Shown here in pieces: positions 17,317-26,300 of a DNA stretch of 30,665 bases. Origin of the DNA: a virus. Its lineage: Duplodnaviria; Caudoviricetes. The notes below the pieces were generated by a model. The model was not told the origin of the DNA and searched no databases. It saw nothing but the letters and a program-made list of their open reading frames with translations. The position numbers and the translations under genes were made by a program. The stretch covers positions 1 through 30,665 of the IMG/VR virus record IMGVR_UViG_3300025018_000412; one strand, given 5' to 3'. The stretch's first letter is position 1. Each line of letters begins with the position of its first letter.

Positions 17317-18192
17317 ATGGCTGGCAAAGAAGTAGCTGAAACGAAAGGAACCGCAGTCGCATCCGGTGGATATGACTACGGTGAATATTCGCACTCCGGT
17401 TTCGAAGGGACGACGATCAACGACCTTTCCATTCCGTTCATCAACGTGTTGCAGTCCAACTCGCCCGAGGTCGAAGATCAGCTGATCGAAGGCTGCAAGG
17501 CCGGTGACTTGATCAACTCGGTGACCAAGGAAATCCTGAAACAGCCGGTCGTCGTGATCCCGGTCTACAAGGAAGCGGCTGTCGTCGAATGGGTTCCCCG
17601 TACCAAGGGCGGCGGTCTGGTCGACCGTCATGAACTCGACTCGCAGGTGTTCAAGGATGCAATCGCCAAGAACGGCGGCTCGCGTATTCCGCCCAAGGAC
17701 GCTGACGGGAAGCGCATCCAGTTCAAGTCGCCCGCTGGCAACGATCTGGTCGAGACCTACTATGTCTACTGTCTGATCATGGACGCCGATGGCAAGGAAA
17801 CCGAGGGCTACTGCGTTCTCAGCTTCTCGTCGACCAAGATCAAGGTCCACAAGGACTGGATGACCGCGATGTACACGCAGAAAGGTCGGCCGCCGATTTT
17901 CGCCAACCGCTGCAAGATTTCGACCACCAAGCAGAAGAACGACTCCGGCACCTATTACAACTACAAGATCAGCCCGATGGCTGACACGTGGAAAGAGTCG
18001 TTGATCAATCCGGGCGTCGACATGGAACTGCTGAAGGAAGCCAAGGAATTCGGCACCATGATCGAGAACGGGCTGGCACGGGCTGACTTCGACAGCATTG
18101 CTCACACTGGCGGCGACGACGAGTCGGCCTCCGGCAAGGGCGGCGGTCAGGGCAAGCCGCTTCCTTCTGACAGCGACGAAATTCCGTTCTAA
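17317..18192 (+). CDS. Putative single-stranded DNA-binding protein
   Basis: 291 aa with a strong RBS (AAAGGAG) and strongly biased codons. Gly-rich linker and acidic C-terminal tip DSDEIPF mimic the bacterial SSB DDDIPF tail. Confidence 0.7.
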   Translation: MAGKEVAETKGTAVASGGYDYGEYSHSGFEGTTINDLSIPFINVLQSNSPEVEDQLIEGCKAGDLINSVTKEILKQPVVVIPVYKEAAVVEWVPRTKGGGLVDRHELDSQVFKDAIAKNGGSRIPPKDADGKRIQFKSPAGNDLVETYYVYCLIMDADGKETEGYCVLSFSSTKIKVHKDWMTAMYTQKGRPPIFANRCKISTTKQKNDSGTYYNYKISPMADTWKESLINPGVDMELLKEAKEFGTMIENGLARADFDSIAHTGGDDESASGKGGGQGKPLPSDSDEIPF

Positions 18193-18209
18193 TCGACGGA
18201 ACAGTCACA

Positions 18210-18238
18210 GACGGGCGGGGGTAATTCCCCGCTCGTTT
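18210..18238 (+). terminator. Putative intrinsic terminator
   Basis: GACGGGCGGGG-gtaatt-CCCCGCTCGTT stem-loop directly after the SSB-like gene; the U-tract is short. Confidence 0.55.
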
Positions 18239-18255
18239 CAGTCAGGAGAGGTTTC

Positions 18256-19494
18256 ATGCTATTTTCACCACAGCAGGACGAAGCCCTCAAGGCCGTGGAT
18301 CGCTGGTATCATTCCGGAGACAAGCAGGTATTCCACCTCTTTGGGTATGCTGGCACCGGAAAAACCACGCTCGCAAAACATCTCGCTGAGAGTATCGGTG
18401 AAGGTGTTCTGTTCGCTGCCTACACGGGCAAGGCCGCTCACGTTCTGCGAACCAAAGGTTGCGAAAACGCAGCCACTATCCATTCTCTGATATATCGCAG
18501 CAGAGACAAAAGCAAGGCTCACCTTCAAGAACTAGAGGAACAGCTTGCAGCACTGCTCGCCGACATGAAGGATATGACTGATGATTTCATCAATCAGCAT
18601 CCCAAAGTGAGAGCGTTGCACAAGGCTATCGACGAAGAAGCTAAGAATGCTTCCCAGCCGATGTTTGTTCTCAACAAGGAAAGCATCGTCAGAGACGCAC
18701 CGCTTATCGTCATTGACGAATGTTCTATGGTCGACGCCCAAATGGGTCAAGACCTTTTGTCGTTCGGGACACCCGTGCTTGTCTTGGGCGATCCTGCTCA
18801 GTTGCCTCCGGTCGGCGGCGCTGGCTACTTTACCGAAGGTATCCGTCCCGATATCATGCTCGACGAAATCCACCGCCAAGCTGCCGAATCGCCTATCCTC
18901 AGAATGGCGACTAAGGTACGCAATGGCGAGCCACTGGAGATCGGCGACTGGGGTCTCGGCTGCCATGTGTTGCCCAAGGGGACCAAGCTGGACCCCGAGC
19001 GTATGCTCAGCTTTGATCAGGTTCTTGTGGGCAAGAACGTCACGCGTCATGCCAGCAACATGAAACTTCGCAAGCTGCGTGATATCCACGATCCGTACCC
19101 TGTACTCGGTGACCGTTTGGTTTGCCTTAGAAACAACAGTGAGTTAGGCTTGCTAAACGGGGCAATTTTCAACGTGACTGATGTCGAAGGGGTTATGGAC
19201 GGAAAAGTCCATATGTCAGTTCATCCCGAAGACAACCCGATGAGTATCAACGTCGCTGCCTTGGAGCATCACTTCCTTGGTCGCGGAAAAGAGCTCGAGA
19301 AGCAATACTGGCTTCGTGCTGAGGCCCAAGAGTTCGACTATGGATATGCGCTGACTTGTCACAAATCGCAGGGTTCCCAATGGGAAAGCGTCTGCGTTTT
19401 TGACGAGTCTTACTGCTTCCGGAGCCAGCGAGATCGGTGGCTCTATACTGCTATAACCCGTGCGGCCGAGAATGTGACCGTCGTAAGAATGTGA
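18256..19494 (+). CDS. RecD/Dda-like SF1B helicase
   Basis: GYAGTGKTT Walker A, ATIHSLIY, VIDECSM Walker B, GDPAQLPPV, YALTCHKSQGSQW, WLYTAITRA. Confidence 0.92.
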   Translation: MLFSPQQDEALKAVDRWYHSGDKQVFHLFGYAGTGKTTLAKHLAESIGEGVLFAAYTGKAAHVLRTKGCENAATIHSLIYRSRDKSKAHLQELEEQLAALLADMKDMTDDFINQHPKVRALHKAIDEEAKNASQPMFVLNKESIVRDAPLIVIDECSMVDAQMGQDLLSFGTPVLVLGDPAQLPPVGGAGYFTEGIRPDIMLDEIHRQAAESPILRMATKVRNGEPLEIGDWGLGCHVLPKGTKLDPERMLSFDQVLVGKNVTRHASNMKLRKLRDIHDPYPVLGDRLVCLRNNSELGLLNGAIFNVTDVEGVMDGKVHMSVHPEDNPMSINVAALEHHFLGRGKELEKQYWLRAEAQEFDYGYALTCHKSQGSQWESVCVFDESYCFRSQRDRWLYTAITRAAENVTVVRM

Positions 19495-19528
19495 AAAGAC
19501 AATCATGCAAGGTCAGGAGAAAAGACGA

Positions 19529-21373
19529 ATGTCAGGACCACAGAACCCGCACTGCGATGCGATCGGCGCAGAGAAATATCGCGGACAAAATGAAGACTAT
19601 CGCGAAGCTACCAATCGGGTCGCCGGTTTCCTTCAGGACAGTCACGAACATTACATGGCGTTTCGCTCCATCACGATGGAACAGCGTTTCATGCCTCCGG
19701 GCCGTGTTCAGGCTGGTGCTGGTTCCCTCAAGAACGTGACACTCTACAACTGCTTCGTGATGCCGACAATTCACGACAGCTTCGTTGATGGGCCGACAGA
19801 CGCCGAGAAGATCATCGAGCGCGGCAACGGGTACTTCCACTCCGAAAGCATCATGGACGTCGCCAAGCTGGCCGCGACCACAATGCGTCAAGGCGGCGGT
19901 GTCGGCTACGACTTCTCCACCTTGCGTCCGTCAGGCGACATCATCAAGGGTGTTGACAGTGCGACCGACGGTCCCCTTGCCTTTGCGGGCATCCTGGACA
20001 TGGTGTGCCGTGCTACTGCCAGCGCGGGGAACCGCAGGGGCGCACAGATGATGGTCTTGCGCTGCGACCACCCTGACATCGAGAAGTTCATCCGTGCCAA
20101 GCAAATCGCGGACCAGAATATCCCGTGGGACATGCGTCCTCTCCGTGGGTTCAACATGTCGATCGCTGTTACCGATGAACTGATGGAAGCTGTCAAGGCC
20201 GACAAGATGTTCATGCTTCGTTTCGGCGGCAAGAACTATCGTGAAGTCAACGCCCGTGCCCTCTGGGACATGATCATGCGTGGGACATACGACTGGGCCG
20301 AGCCGGGAGTTCTGTTCATTGACCGTATCAATGGCATGAACAATCTCTGGTACTGCGAGACTATCGCGGCGACCAATCCGTGCGGAGAGCAACCGCTTCC
20401 TCCCTACGGAGCCTGTCTCTTGGGCAGCTTCAACGCCGTGAAATATCTCTACAAGCGTGACGATGTGGCCTTGTATGGATTCGACTTCGAACTGCTCGCC
20501 GCTGACATTCCGCCCGTGGTTCGTGCTATGGACAATGTCATCGATCGGAGCCGCTATCCTCTCCCTCAGCAGAAACTGGAAGCCCAACGGAAGCGCCGCA
20601 TGGGCCTCGGGATCACTGGTCTGGCAAACGCGCTGGAAGCTATGGGGTTCCCCTATGGCACTCCCGAGTTCATCGAGTTCCAGGACAAGCTGATGGAGTT
20701 CATCGCGAACAAGTGTTATCAGGCTTCGGCGATGCTCGCTGCCGAGAAAGGCTCGTTCCCGCTGTACGATCCTGGCTTGTACCTGAAAAGCAAGTTCGTT
20801 CAGGGCCTGTGGCCGGATACCATCGCTATGATCAAGAAGCATGGCATCCGCAACTCGCACCTGACCAGCATCGCTCCGACTGGTACGATTTCGCTCTATG
20901 CTGACAACGTGTCGTCCGGCATCGAACCTGTGATCGACTACAAGCAGAAGCGGAATGTCATCATGAAAGATGGCATGAAGACCGTCGTCATCCCGGACTA
21001 TGGTGTCGCCTACTTGGGCACCAAAGGACGCACCGTGACCAATGGCAACATCACCGCCGCTGAGCATGTGGCGGTCCTGTGTACGGCCCAAAGGTGGAGC
21101 GACAGTGCTGTCAGCAAAACCTGCAACGTCCCCGCAGATATGCCCTACAGCGAGTTCAAGGACATCTACATGATGGCTTGGGAGAACGGCGCGAAAGGCA
21201 TCACGACTTATCGCCCTGCTGGGAACTACGATGAACCCATCAAGTCTGCTGATGGTGAAGAAGCCAAAGACGAAGCGATCGCCAAGGTTTCGGAACTCCA
21301 GGAAGAGGATGGTTTCACTGGCTCTTGCGCTCTCGATGAGTTCGGTCGCAAAACTGGTGCCTGTGCCGACTAA
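19529..21373 (+). CDS. nrdJ: Class II (adenosylcobalamin-dependent) ribonucleotide reductase
   Basis: NCFV, GGGVGYDFS.LRP, RRGAQM, TNPCGEQPL, IAPTGTIS, and a C-terminal Cys pair; no adjacent beta-subunit gene. Start placed at ATG 19529 after AGGAG. Confidence 0.88.
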   Translation: MSGPQNPHCDAIGAEKYRGQNEDYREATNRVAGFLQDSHEHYMAFRSITMEQRFMPPGRVQAGAGSLKNVTLYNCFVMPTIHDSFVDGPTDAEKIIERGNGYFHSESIMDVAKLAATTMRQGGGVGYDFSTLRPSGDIIKGVDSATDGPLAFAGILDMVCRATASAGNRRGAQMMVLRCDHPDIEKFIRAKQIADQNIPWDMRPLRGFNMSIAVTDELMEAVKADKMFMLRFGGKNYREVNARALWDMIMRGTYDWAEPGVLFIDRINGMNNLWYCETIAATNPCGEQPLPPYGACLLGSFNAVKYLYKRDDVALYGFDFELLAADIPPVVRAMDNVIDRSRYPLPQQKLEAQRKRRMGLGITGLANALEAMGFPYGTPEFIEFQDKLMEFIANKCYQASAMLAAEKGSFPLYDPGLYLKSKFVQGLWPDTIAMIKKHGIRNSHLTSIAPTGTISLYADNVSSGIEPVIDYKQKRNVIMKDGMKTVVIPDYGVAYLGTKGRTVTNGNITAAEHVAVLCTAQRWSDSAVSKTCNVPADMPYSEFKDIYMMAWENGAKGITTYRPAGNYDEPIKSADGEEAKDEAIAKVSELQEEDGFTGSCALDEFGRKTGACAD

Positions 21374-21400
21374 ATAGGTCGGACTATGGACAAATAACAC

Positions 21401-21429
21401 TTGCCGCCAATGCGTCGACGGGGTAACGT
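21401..21429 (+). promoter_or_regulatory. Putative sigma70-type promoter overlapped by an 11-bp inverted repeat
   Basis: TTGCCG-N17-TAACGT; inverted repeat TGCCGCCAATG (21402-21412) / CATTGGCGGCA (21435-21445). Confidence 0.5.
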
Positions 21430-21486
21430 TCGAACATTGGCGGCATGGTAACGCCAAGAGCAAGCACCGCAGAAATGGAGTCAATC

Positions 21487-22227
21487 ATGACCGACAAAAT
21501 CAAGTTCCTGGACAAAGAGTACAACGAAGCGTCGCTCCAGTCCGAAAGCATCGAAAACCTTGTGACCCTCCGCAACCTGATCGCGACCAACCTCGGCGTC
21601 GCCACCGTCAAGGCGTTCAAAGACCACGAGACCGCCGTGGCACAGACCTGGAAGGCCCTGCAGAAGTTCGACGAGACCGCCAAGGCCGAAGCTGGCGGCG
21701 CTGAGCCGAAGCCTGCCAAGGCCCCGAAGGCTCCGAAAGAGCCCAAGGAACGCAAGCTGGCGAAACCCGCTGCTTCGCAGTACGTCAAGCGCCCGACCCG
21801 CAAGATGTTCTCGGTGGTCAACATCGTGAAACAGCACACGGGGGCCGAAGGTCGTGCTCATCGCTGGCCTGCCTACAAGGACGGTATGCTGGTGATCGAT
21901 GCGATCGAGGGCGAAGGCACGCTGGCTTGGGACATCTCGAACTGGGAAGCTGCTGGCCTGATGAAAGTCACCGAGCCGACCGACGCCGAATACGCCGAGC
22001 GTCGTGCCGCGTGGTACAAGAAGCACGGCCTCGAGGACCCGGACCTGTCCAAGTCCAAGAAAGCGGAAGAGCGTGAAGCTGCCAAGGCCGAGCGCGAGAA
22101 AGCCGCCGCTGCCAAGAAAGCCGAGCGCGAAGCTGCCAAGGCCGCGAAGGTCGAAGCCGCTGCCAAGGCCAAGGCCGAGAAGGAAGCTGCGAAAGCCGCT
22201 GCTCCCGCCACTCAGGCCGCCGAGTAA
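21487..22227 (+). CDS. Lys/Ala-rich protein with histone H1-like tail (putative DNA-binding)
   Basis: Start reassigned to ATG 21487 after TGGAG. Contains a PAKAPKAPKEPKE linker and an AAKAEREKAAAAKKAE tail; strong C/G-ending codon bias. Confidence 0.65.
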   Translation: MTDKIKFLDKEYNEASLQSESIENLVTLRNLIATNLGVATVKAFKDHETAVAQTWKALQKFDETAKAEAGGAEPKPAKAPKAPKEPKERKLAKPAASQYVKRPTRKMFSVVNIVKQHTGAEGRAHRWPAYKDGMLVIDAIEGEGTLAWDISNWEAAGLMKVTEPTDAEYAERRAAWYKKHGLEDPDLSKSKKAEEREAAKAEREKAAAAKKAEREAAKAAKVEAAAKAKAEKEAAKAAAPATQAAE

Positions 22228-22230
22228 TCG

Positions 22231-23142
22231 GTGGCAGACCGCCAAGATAAAGCGTTCTTCGATTACCTCAACGAACGCGAAGAGGTCCGTCTCCGGAAGG
22301 AGGCGGGCCTTTCCGTTGGGTTCGATGTCAAGGCGTGGACCGACGATCCTATCCTTCGAGCCTACAAATTCACCAATGTCCGGCGGCATCACGACCGGAC
22401 CAGCGATCAGCTGAGGAAACTGTTCTACGGAAAGAACTTCCATGATGACCGCCGCTCTGTTCTCATGAACTGTGCGCTATACAGATACTTCGGCACTTGG
22501 GAATTTGCAGAAGCAGTGGGGTGGCAAGACTATGACGACTTCGACTTCGAGGGCATCAAGGAATTGGCAAGCGACAGACTGGCAGATCGTGAACGTGTGT
22601 TCACGGGGGCCTACGTCATCACGAACCAAGGAATTTCAGCGCCGAAGCAAGAAGTCGTGGTTGACATTTTCTTGCAGGGTCTTCACAAGGCAACCCCGTC
22701 CCTTCTGGAACTAGCCACCAGAACGCAAAGCTGGAAACAAGTCGCGACCCAAATGAGAACGCTGATGGGTTTCGGCGGAACTGGCTTTATGACGAAGGAA
22801 GTGCTTCTGGACACGACTTACACCGGCTTCTGGAACAGCATCTATGAGAGCCCTGAAGATGGCACCTTCTCTTTCCCAAGAGACTGGTGGGAATGGACGC
22901 CTATCGGTCCCGGCGCTCTGCGGGGAGCTGCTCGTGTCTTGGGTGATACATCGGCAACTCCGCTGAAAGAAGCCAAAGCTGGTGTCGTCATCGACCAACT
23001 CTACACCGAACAGAAACAATGGTTCACCCATCCGTTCAAACTTTGCCCGACCGATATCCAATTCGGCCTGTGCGAGTTCGACAAGTATGAACGTGTCCGC
23101 CTTGGGCAGGGTACACCGAGATCAAGGTATCGGATCAAATGA
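22231..23142 (+). CDS. aGPT-Pplase-like (alpha-glutamyl/putrescinyl thymine pyrophosphorylase clade 1 / HMUDK helical domain) DNA base-modification protein
   Basis: ERE.VRLRKEAG...WTDDPILRAYKFTNVRRHHDRTS, HhH-like GFGGTGFMTKEV, IGPGALRG, and C-terminal DIQFGLCEFDKYER. The clade assignment is from memory of the family and needs an HMM check. Confidence 0.8.
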   Translation: MADRQDKAFFDYLNEREEVRLRKEAGLSVGFDVKAWTDDPILRAYKFTNVRRHHDRTSDQLRKLFYGKNFHDDRRSVLMNCALYRYFGTWEFAEAVGWQDYDDFDFEGIKELASDRLADRERVFTGAYVITNQGISAPKQEVVVDIFLQGLHKATPSLLELATRTQSWKQVATQMRTLMGFGGTGFMTKEVLLDTTYTGFWNSIYESPEDGTFSFPRDWWEWTPIGPGALRGAARVLGDTSATPLKEAKAGVVIDQLYTEQKQWFTHPFKLCPTDIQFGLCEFDKYERVRLGQGTPRSRYRIK

Positions 23143-23372
23143 TCAACTGGATCATGACACACTGGTTCTGGATCGCCCTTTGGTGGGCGGTCTGGTTCTA
23201 CATTTTCATCGGCTGGTATTACAAACAACTGCTCGATGGAAAGAAGCCCAAGGCTACTCCGCTCGAAGCGTTCTTCATGTTCTTGCTCTCTGGCTTCGGT
23301 CCGTTTCTTGCTATCGCGATCATCATCGGTAAAGCATTGGCATTAAATAATGATCGCGGCCCAGACAAGTAG
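23139..23372 (+). CDS. Small two-TM membrane protein
   Basis: 77 aa, Trp-rich first TM and a second hydrophobic segment; ATGA-coupled. Confidence 0.6.
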   Translation: MINWIMTHWFWIALWWAVWFYIFIGWYYKQLLDGKKPKATPLEAFFMFLLSGFGPFLAIAIIIGKALALNNDRGPDK

Positions 23373-23375
23373 CAG

Positions 23376-23404
23376 TTGTCTTTTGAAGCGCCAAAGGCTA
23401 TGGT
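23376..23404 (+). promoter_or_regulatory. sigma70-type promoter
   Basis: TTGTCT-N17-TATGGT upstream of the glycosyltransferase gene (AGGAG RBS). Confidence 0.7.
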
Positions 23405-23434
23405 GGTTTATACCGCATAACAGGAGCCCTTGAT

Positions 23435-24730
23435 ATGAAAATATGCGTTGCTCTCCATTCCTGCATGGACCTCGGGGGCATCATCAATCACACAGAACAG
23501 CTTATCGGTGGCCTGAAAGAGTTGGGCCACCGTGTTGATTTCAAGGAACTGGTTTATGCTGATCGTGCCCAAACGATGGGCAAGGACGGGAACTTCGAAC
23601 TCGGTCAAAGCAGCATCCCATTCAGTCAAGGCAAGGGCTGGAACTTCAAGGCTGAAAATCGCTTGGCCTACAAGACGACCGCAGGTCTCCGCACTGCAAT
23701 TCAAATCTTGAATGGCTACGACATGGTCATCTGGACTGTTCCGGTTCCGCCCAAGAACAGGCAGAATCTTGGCAACGACAGATGGCCGGAACTGTACGAT
23801 CTAAAACCCAACGTGAAACAGGTGGCGTTCATCCACGATGGGAACTGCAAAGCCGGAGCGCCTCACCTTCTGCATATCCTGGACAAGCTGTCTGCGCTGG
23901 CCTGTGTCCATGCCTGTGCCCTCAATGGTGCCTCCCATCTGGCTATCCCTCGTGCCTTGGTGGTGAACCCTCAGTTCATGCCAATCCGTGATGTTCAGCC
24001 GTGGGAGAACAAGCGTCCGGGCTTCGTCAACATGCAGACTTTCAAAGCATGGAAGCATGCTCACGAATTGGTCGAGGCGATTGCCTACATGCCTGATCGG
24101 CATCCTGATGAACTTCGCGAGATCGCTGGGAAAGGCATCGAATACCAGTACATGACGAGCGAAGACAAGTGCAAGCCTCAGTACTTCCACGGCTCCGAAG
24201 AAGGAATTGAACGCTGGTTCGATGGCATGAAATTCTGGGAAGCTGCTGAGGCCAATGGTATGACGCATCACGATTACTGGAACACGGAGCAGGTGAACGA
24301 ATATCTCACCAGTGCCCGCATTCTGGTCGATCCGTCGTGGTCCGCCAAGTACTCTCAGGTCGGCGGACACTGGAACCGTGTTGTCGTTGATGCTATGATC
24401 AACGGCTGTATTCCTGTCGCACAGTCTCGTGGCATGGGCGACGAACTGTTCAAAGATGGACAGCACTACATTGATCTCAGTGTTGCCGATGGCGATCCTG
24501 GTCTCTACGCTGAGATCATTCTTGAGGCAAGCCACATGACCAGCAACGAAGCGATGCTGTATCGTGACGAAGCCCGCAAAATCCTGCCGATGTTCGATCG
24601 CGTCGCGGTTGCACAACGTCTCATCGATCTTGCTCATGGCAATGTCATAACACAAACAGGGGTTGACGATCCCCTCGTCAGGAAAAAGTACGAAGACCTG
24701 ATGTTCAATCAATACGGAGTTCTCGCATGA
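23435..24730 (+). CDS. GT-B fold glycosyltransferase (GT4-like), putative DNA-modifying
   Basis: N-terminal MKICVALH...GGIINHTEQLIGGLKELGHRV and C-terminal ARILVDPS...HWNRVVVDAMINGCIPV match the GT-B/GT4 pattern. Confidence 0.8.
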   Translation: MKICVALHSCMDLGGIINHTEQLIGGLKELGHRVDFKELVYADRAQTMGKDGNFELGQSSIPFSQGKGWNFKAENRLAYKTTAGLRTAIQILNGYDMVIWTVPVPPKNRQNLGNDRWPELYDLKPNVKQVAFIHDGNCKAGAPHLLHILDKLSALACVHACALNGASHLAIPRALVVNPQFMPIRDVQPWENKRPGFVNMQTFKAWKHAHELVEAIAYMPDRHPDELREIAGKGIEYQYMTSEDKCKPQYFHGSEEGIERWFDGMKFWEAAEANGMTHHDYWNTEQVNEYLTSARILVDPSWSAKYSQVGGHWNRVVVDAMINGCIPVAQSRGMGDELFKDGQHYIDLSVADGDPGLYAEIILEASHMTSNEAMLYRDEARKILPMFDRVAVAQRLIDLAHGNVITQTGVDDPLVRKKYEDLMFNQYGVLA

Positions 24731-25749
24731 AAGTTATCTCTGCCAGAAACGTCAACGACGCCCTTCTCCTTGGGCTTCAAGCGTTGAAAGCCGAAGGCAT
24801 CAATCGCGACTCTCGGAATGGCCCTGTTACTGTGTTTCCTGGCCCCGTGACAACTCAATATGCTCATCCAGAAGAACGGGTGATATTCTTTCCCGAACGG
24901 GACGCCAATCCCTATTTCCACTTCATGGAAAGCCTGTGGATGCTGGCTGGTCGGCGGGACGTCGCTTGGGTTTCTCAGTTCAGCGGCAACATCGCCAACT
25001 ATACCGACGACGGTGTCAACTTCCATGGAGCCTACGGCTATCGCTGGCGCGTTCACTTTGAAGCGACTATTCAGCGCGGCGACGGTGGTTTCGAGATCGG
25101 TTGCATCGATCAGCTGGAAACCATCGCTGCTTTGTTGAAACAGAATCCTGATGATCGTCGGGTCGTGCTTCAGATGTGGGACACTTCTGCTGATCTCGGC
25201 ATGAATGGCAAGGACTTCCCCTGCAATCTGATCGCAACGTTCCGCATCAATCCGTATGGCAAGCTGGACATGACTGTGTTCAATCGCAGCAACGACATGA
25301 TCTGGGGTGCCTACGGCGCGAACGCAGTTCACTTCTCGGTGTTGCAGGAAGTGATGGCCGCTTGGGTCGATGTCCCGATGGGGCAGTATTGGCAGATCAG
25401 CACCAACTTTCACGCTTACCACAACACTCTGGAGAAGCACGGCAACGTGACTCACAACGCTCCGGGGTTCGATCCTTATGCCTTGGGCGAAGTTCGTCCC
25501 ATCCCGATCGTCAACGGCCCGATCGATATCTGGATGCAGGATCTCGACATGTTCATGACCCAAGGTGCAGTCATTGGCTTCCGTGACAAGTTCTTCAAGA
25601 AGACCGTGGTGCCGATGTGGCAGTCGTGGTTTACCTGGAAGGAGAAGGATGACGCCCTCCGTTACGACAAGGCTCGCAAATTGGCCTTGCAGATTGCTGC
25701 TCCGGACTGGAGCCGCGCTTGTGTCGAATGGCTGGATCGGAGAGCATGA
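24727..25749 (+). CDS. Thymidylate synthase-family enzyme, probable dUMP hydroxymethylase
   Basis: SRNG, E.LWMLAG, GAYGYRWR, RRVVLQMWD, catalytic FPCN, RSNDMIWGAYGANAVHFS, NFHAY. Asn at the dUMP-specificity position (Asp would indicate dCMP). Confidence 0.85.
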   Translation: MKVISARNVNDALLLGLQALKAEGINRDSRNGPVTVFPGPVTTQYAHPEERVIFFPERDANPYFHFMESLWMLAGRRDVAWVSQFSGNIANYTDDGVNFHGAYGYRWRVHFEATIQRGDGGFEIGCIDQLETIAALLKQNPDDRRVVLQMWDTSADLGMNGKDFPCNLIATFRINPYGKLDMTVFNRSNDMIWGAYGANAVHFSVLQEVMAAWVDVPMGQYWQISTNFHAYHNTLEKHGNVTHNAPGFDPYALGEVRPIPIVNGPIDIWMQDLDMFMTQGAVIGFRDKFFKKTVVPMWQSWFTWKEKDDALRYDKARKLALQIAAPDWSRACVEWLDRRA

Positions 25750-26300
25750 TGGACTATTTTCTCGAGGGCATCGTGGAACGCATCAAATTTGCTCGGGAAG
25801 GAGCACGGGTCGAACGGACTCACGCTTCTCCTGGGATCGGCTCCCACTCTGTTGGGATGCACACCTTCAACATGATCACTATGCTGCTGATTTTGAACCC
25901 GGAAGCTTCTGGTGCTCTCATTCGTGCCGTGGTTCAACACGATATTCCTGAACGTATCACCGGAGACATGCCTCACCCTGCCAAGAAAGCGGGAGTGCAG
26001 AACAACGATGTGCAGATGAAGATCGAAATTCACATCAACGAGCAAGTATTCGGCCACGATGCAATTCAAGATCTGAACGAGCACGAGGTTCAGTGGCTCC
26101 ATGGCCTAGACATGCTGGAGTTCTACTGCTACGTCCGTGATCAGCTTATGCTGGGTAATCGAGGGTATTCCACAAAACTGTCGGCGGTCGAGAACTACAT
26201 GGCAAAGTATCGTCACAAGTATCCCGAAGCGATCGTCGATACTTACTTCCTCATCAGGCAGCATGGCTGGGAAACCCTGCCTGACGTCGGAGGCGAATGA
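25746..26300 (+). CDS. HD-domain deoxynucleotide phosphohydrolase (YfbR/DatZ-like)
   Basis: R...SVGMHTF...QHDIPERITGDMPHPAK...LDMLE pattern; start at ATG 25746 (ATGA coupling). Confidence 0.8.
   Translation: MMDYFLEGIVERIKFAREGARVERTHASPGIGSHSVGMHTFNMITMLLILNPEASGALIRAVVQHDIPERITGDMPHPAKKAGVQNNDVQMKIEIHINEQVFGHDAIQDLNEHEVQWLHGLDMLEFYCYVRDQLMLGNRGYSTKLSAVENYMAKYRHKYPEAIVDTYFLIRQHGWETLPDVGGE

Noticed and set aside
19505-21373. Class I RNR, or an intein/intron in the RNR or PolA genes
   Set aside because: No beta-subunit gene is adjacent; both ORFs are continuous and of normal length, with no intein terminal motifs. Only a short ~20 aa insertion is seen near the RNR N-terminus.
22060-22215. 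Nucleotide repeats GCCAAGGCC/GCCGAGCGCGA
   Set aside because: Explained by the Ala/Lys/Glu repetitive protein tail.
24727-25749. Call as dCMP hydroxymethylase (T4-like hmC plus glucosyltransferase system)
   Set aside because: The specificity residue is Asn (GAYGAN), not Asp, and a dCTP deaminase and aGPT-Pplase-like gene are linked, favouring dUMP as substrate.
25746-26300. 2-aminoadenine (Z-genome) system suggested by the DatZ-like HD protein
   Set aside because: No PurZ/adenylosuccinate synthetase homolog is present in the window, and the context points to uracil/thymine chemistry.
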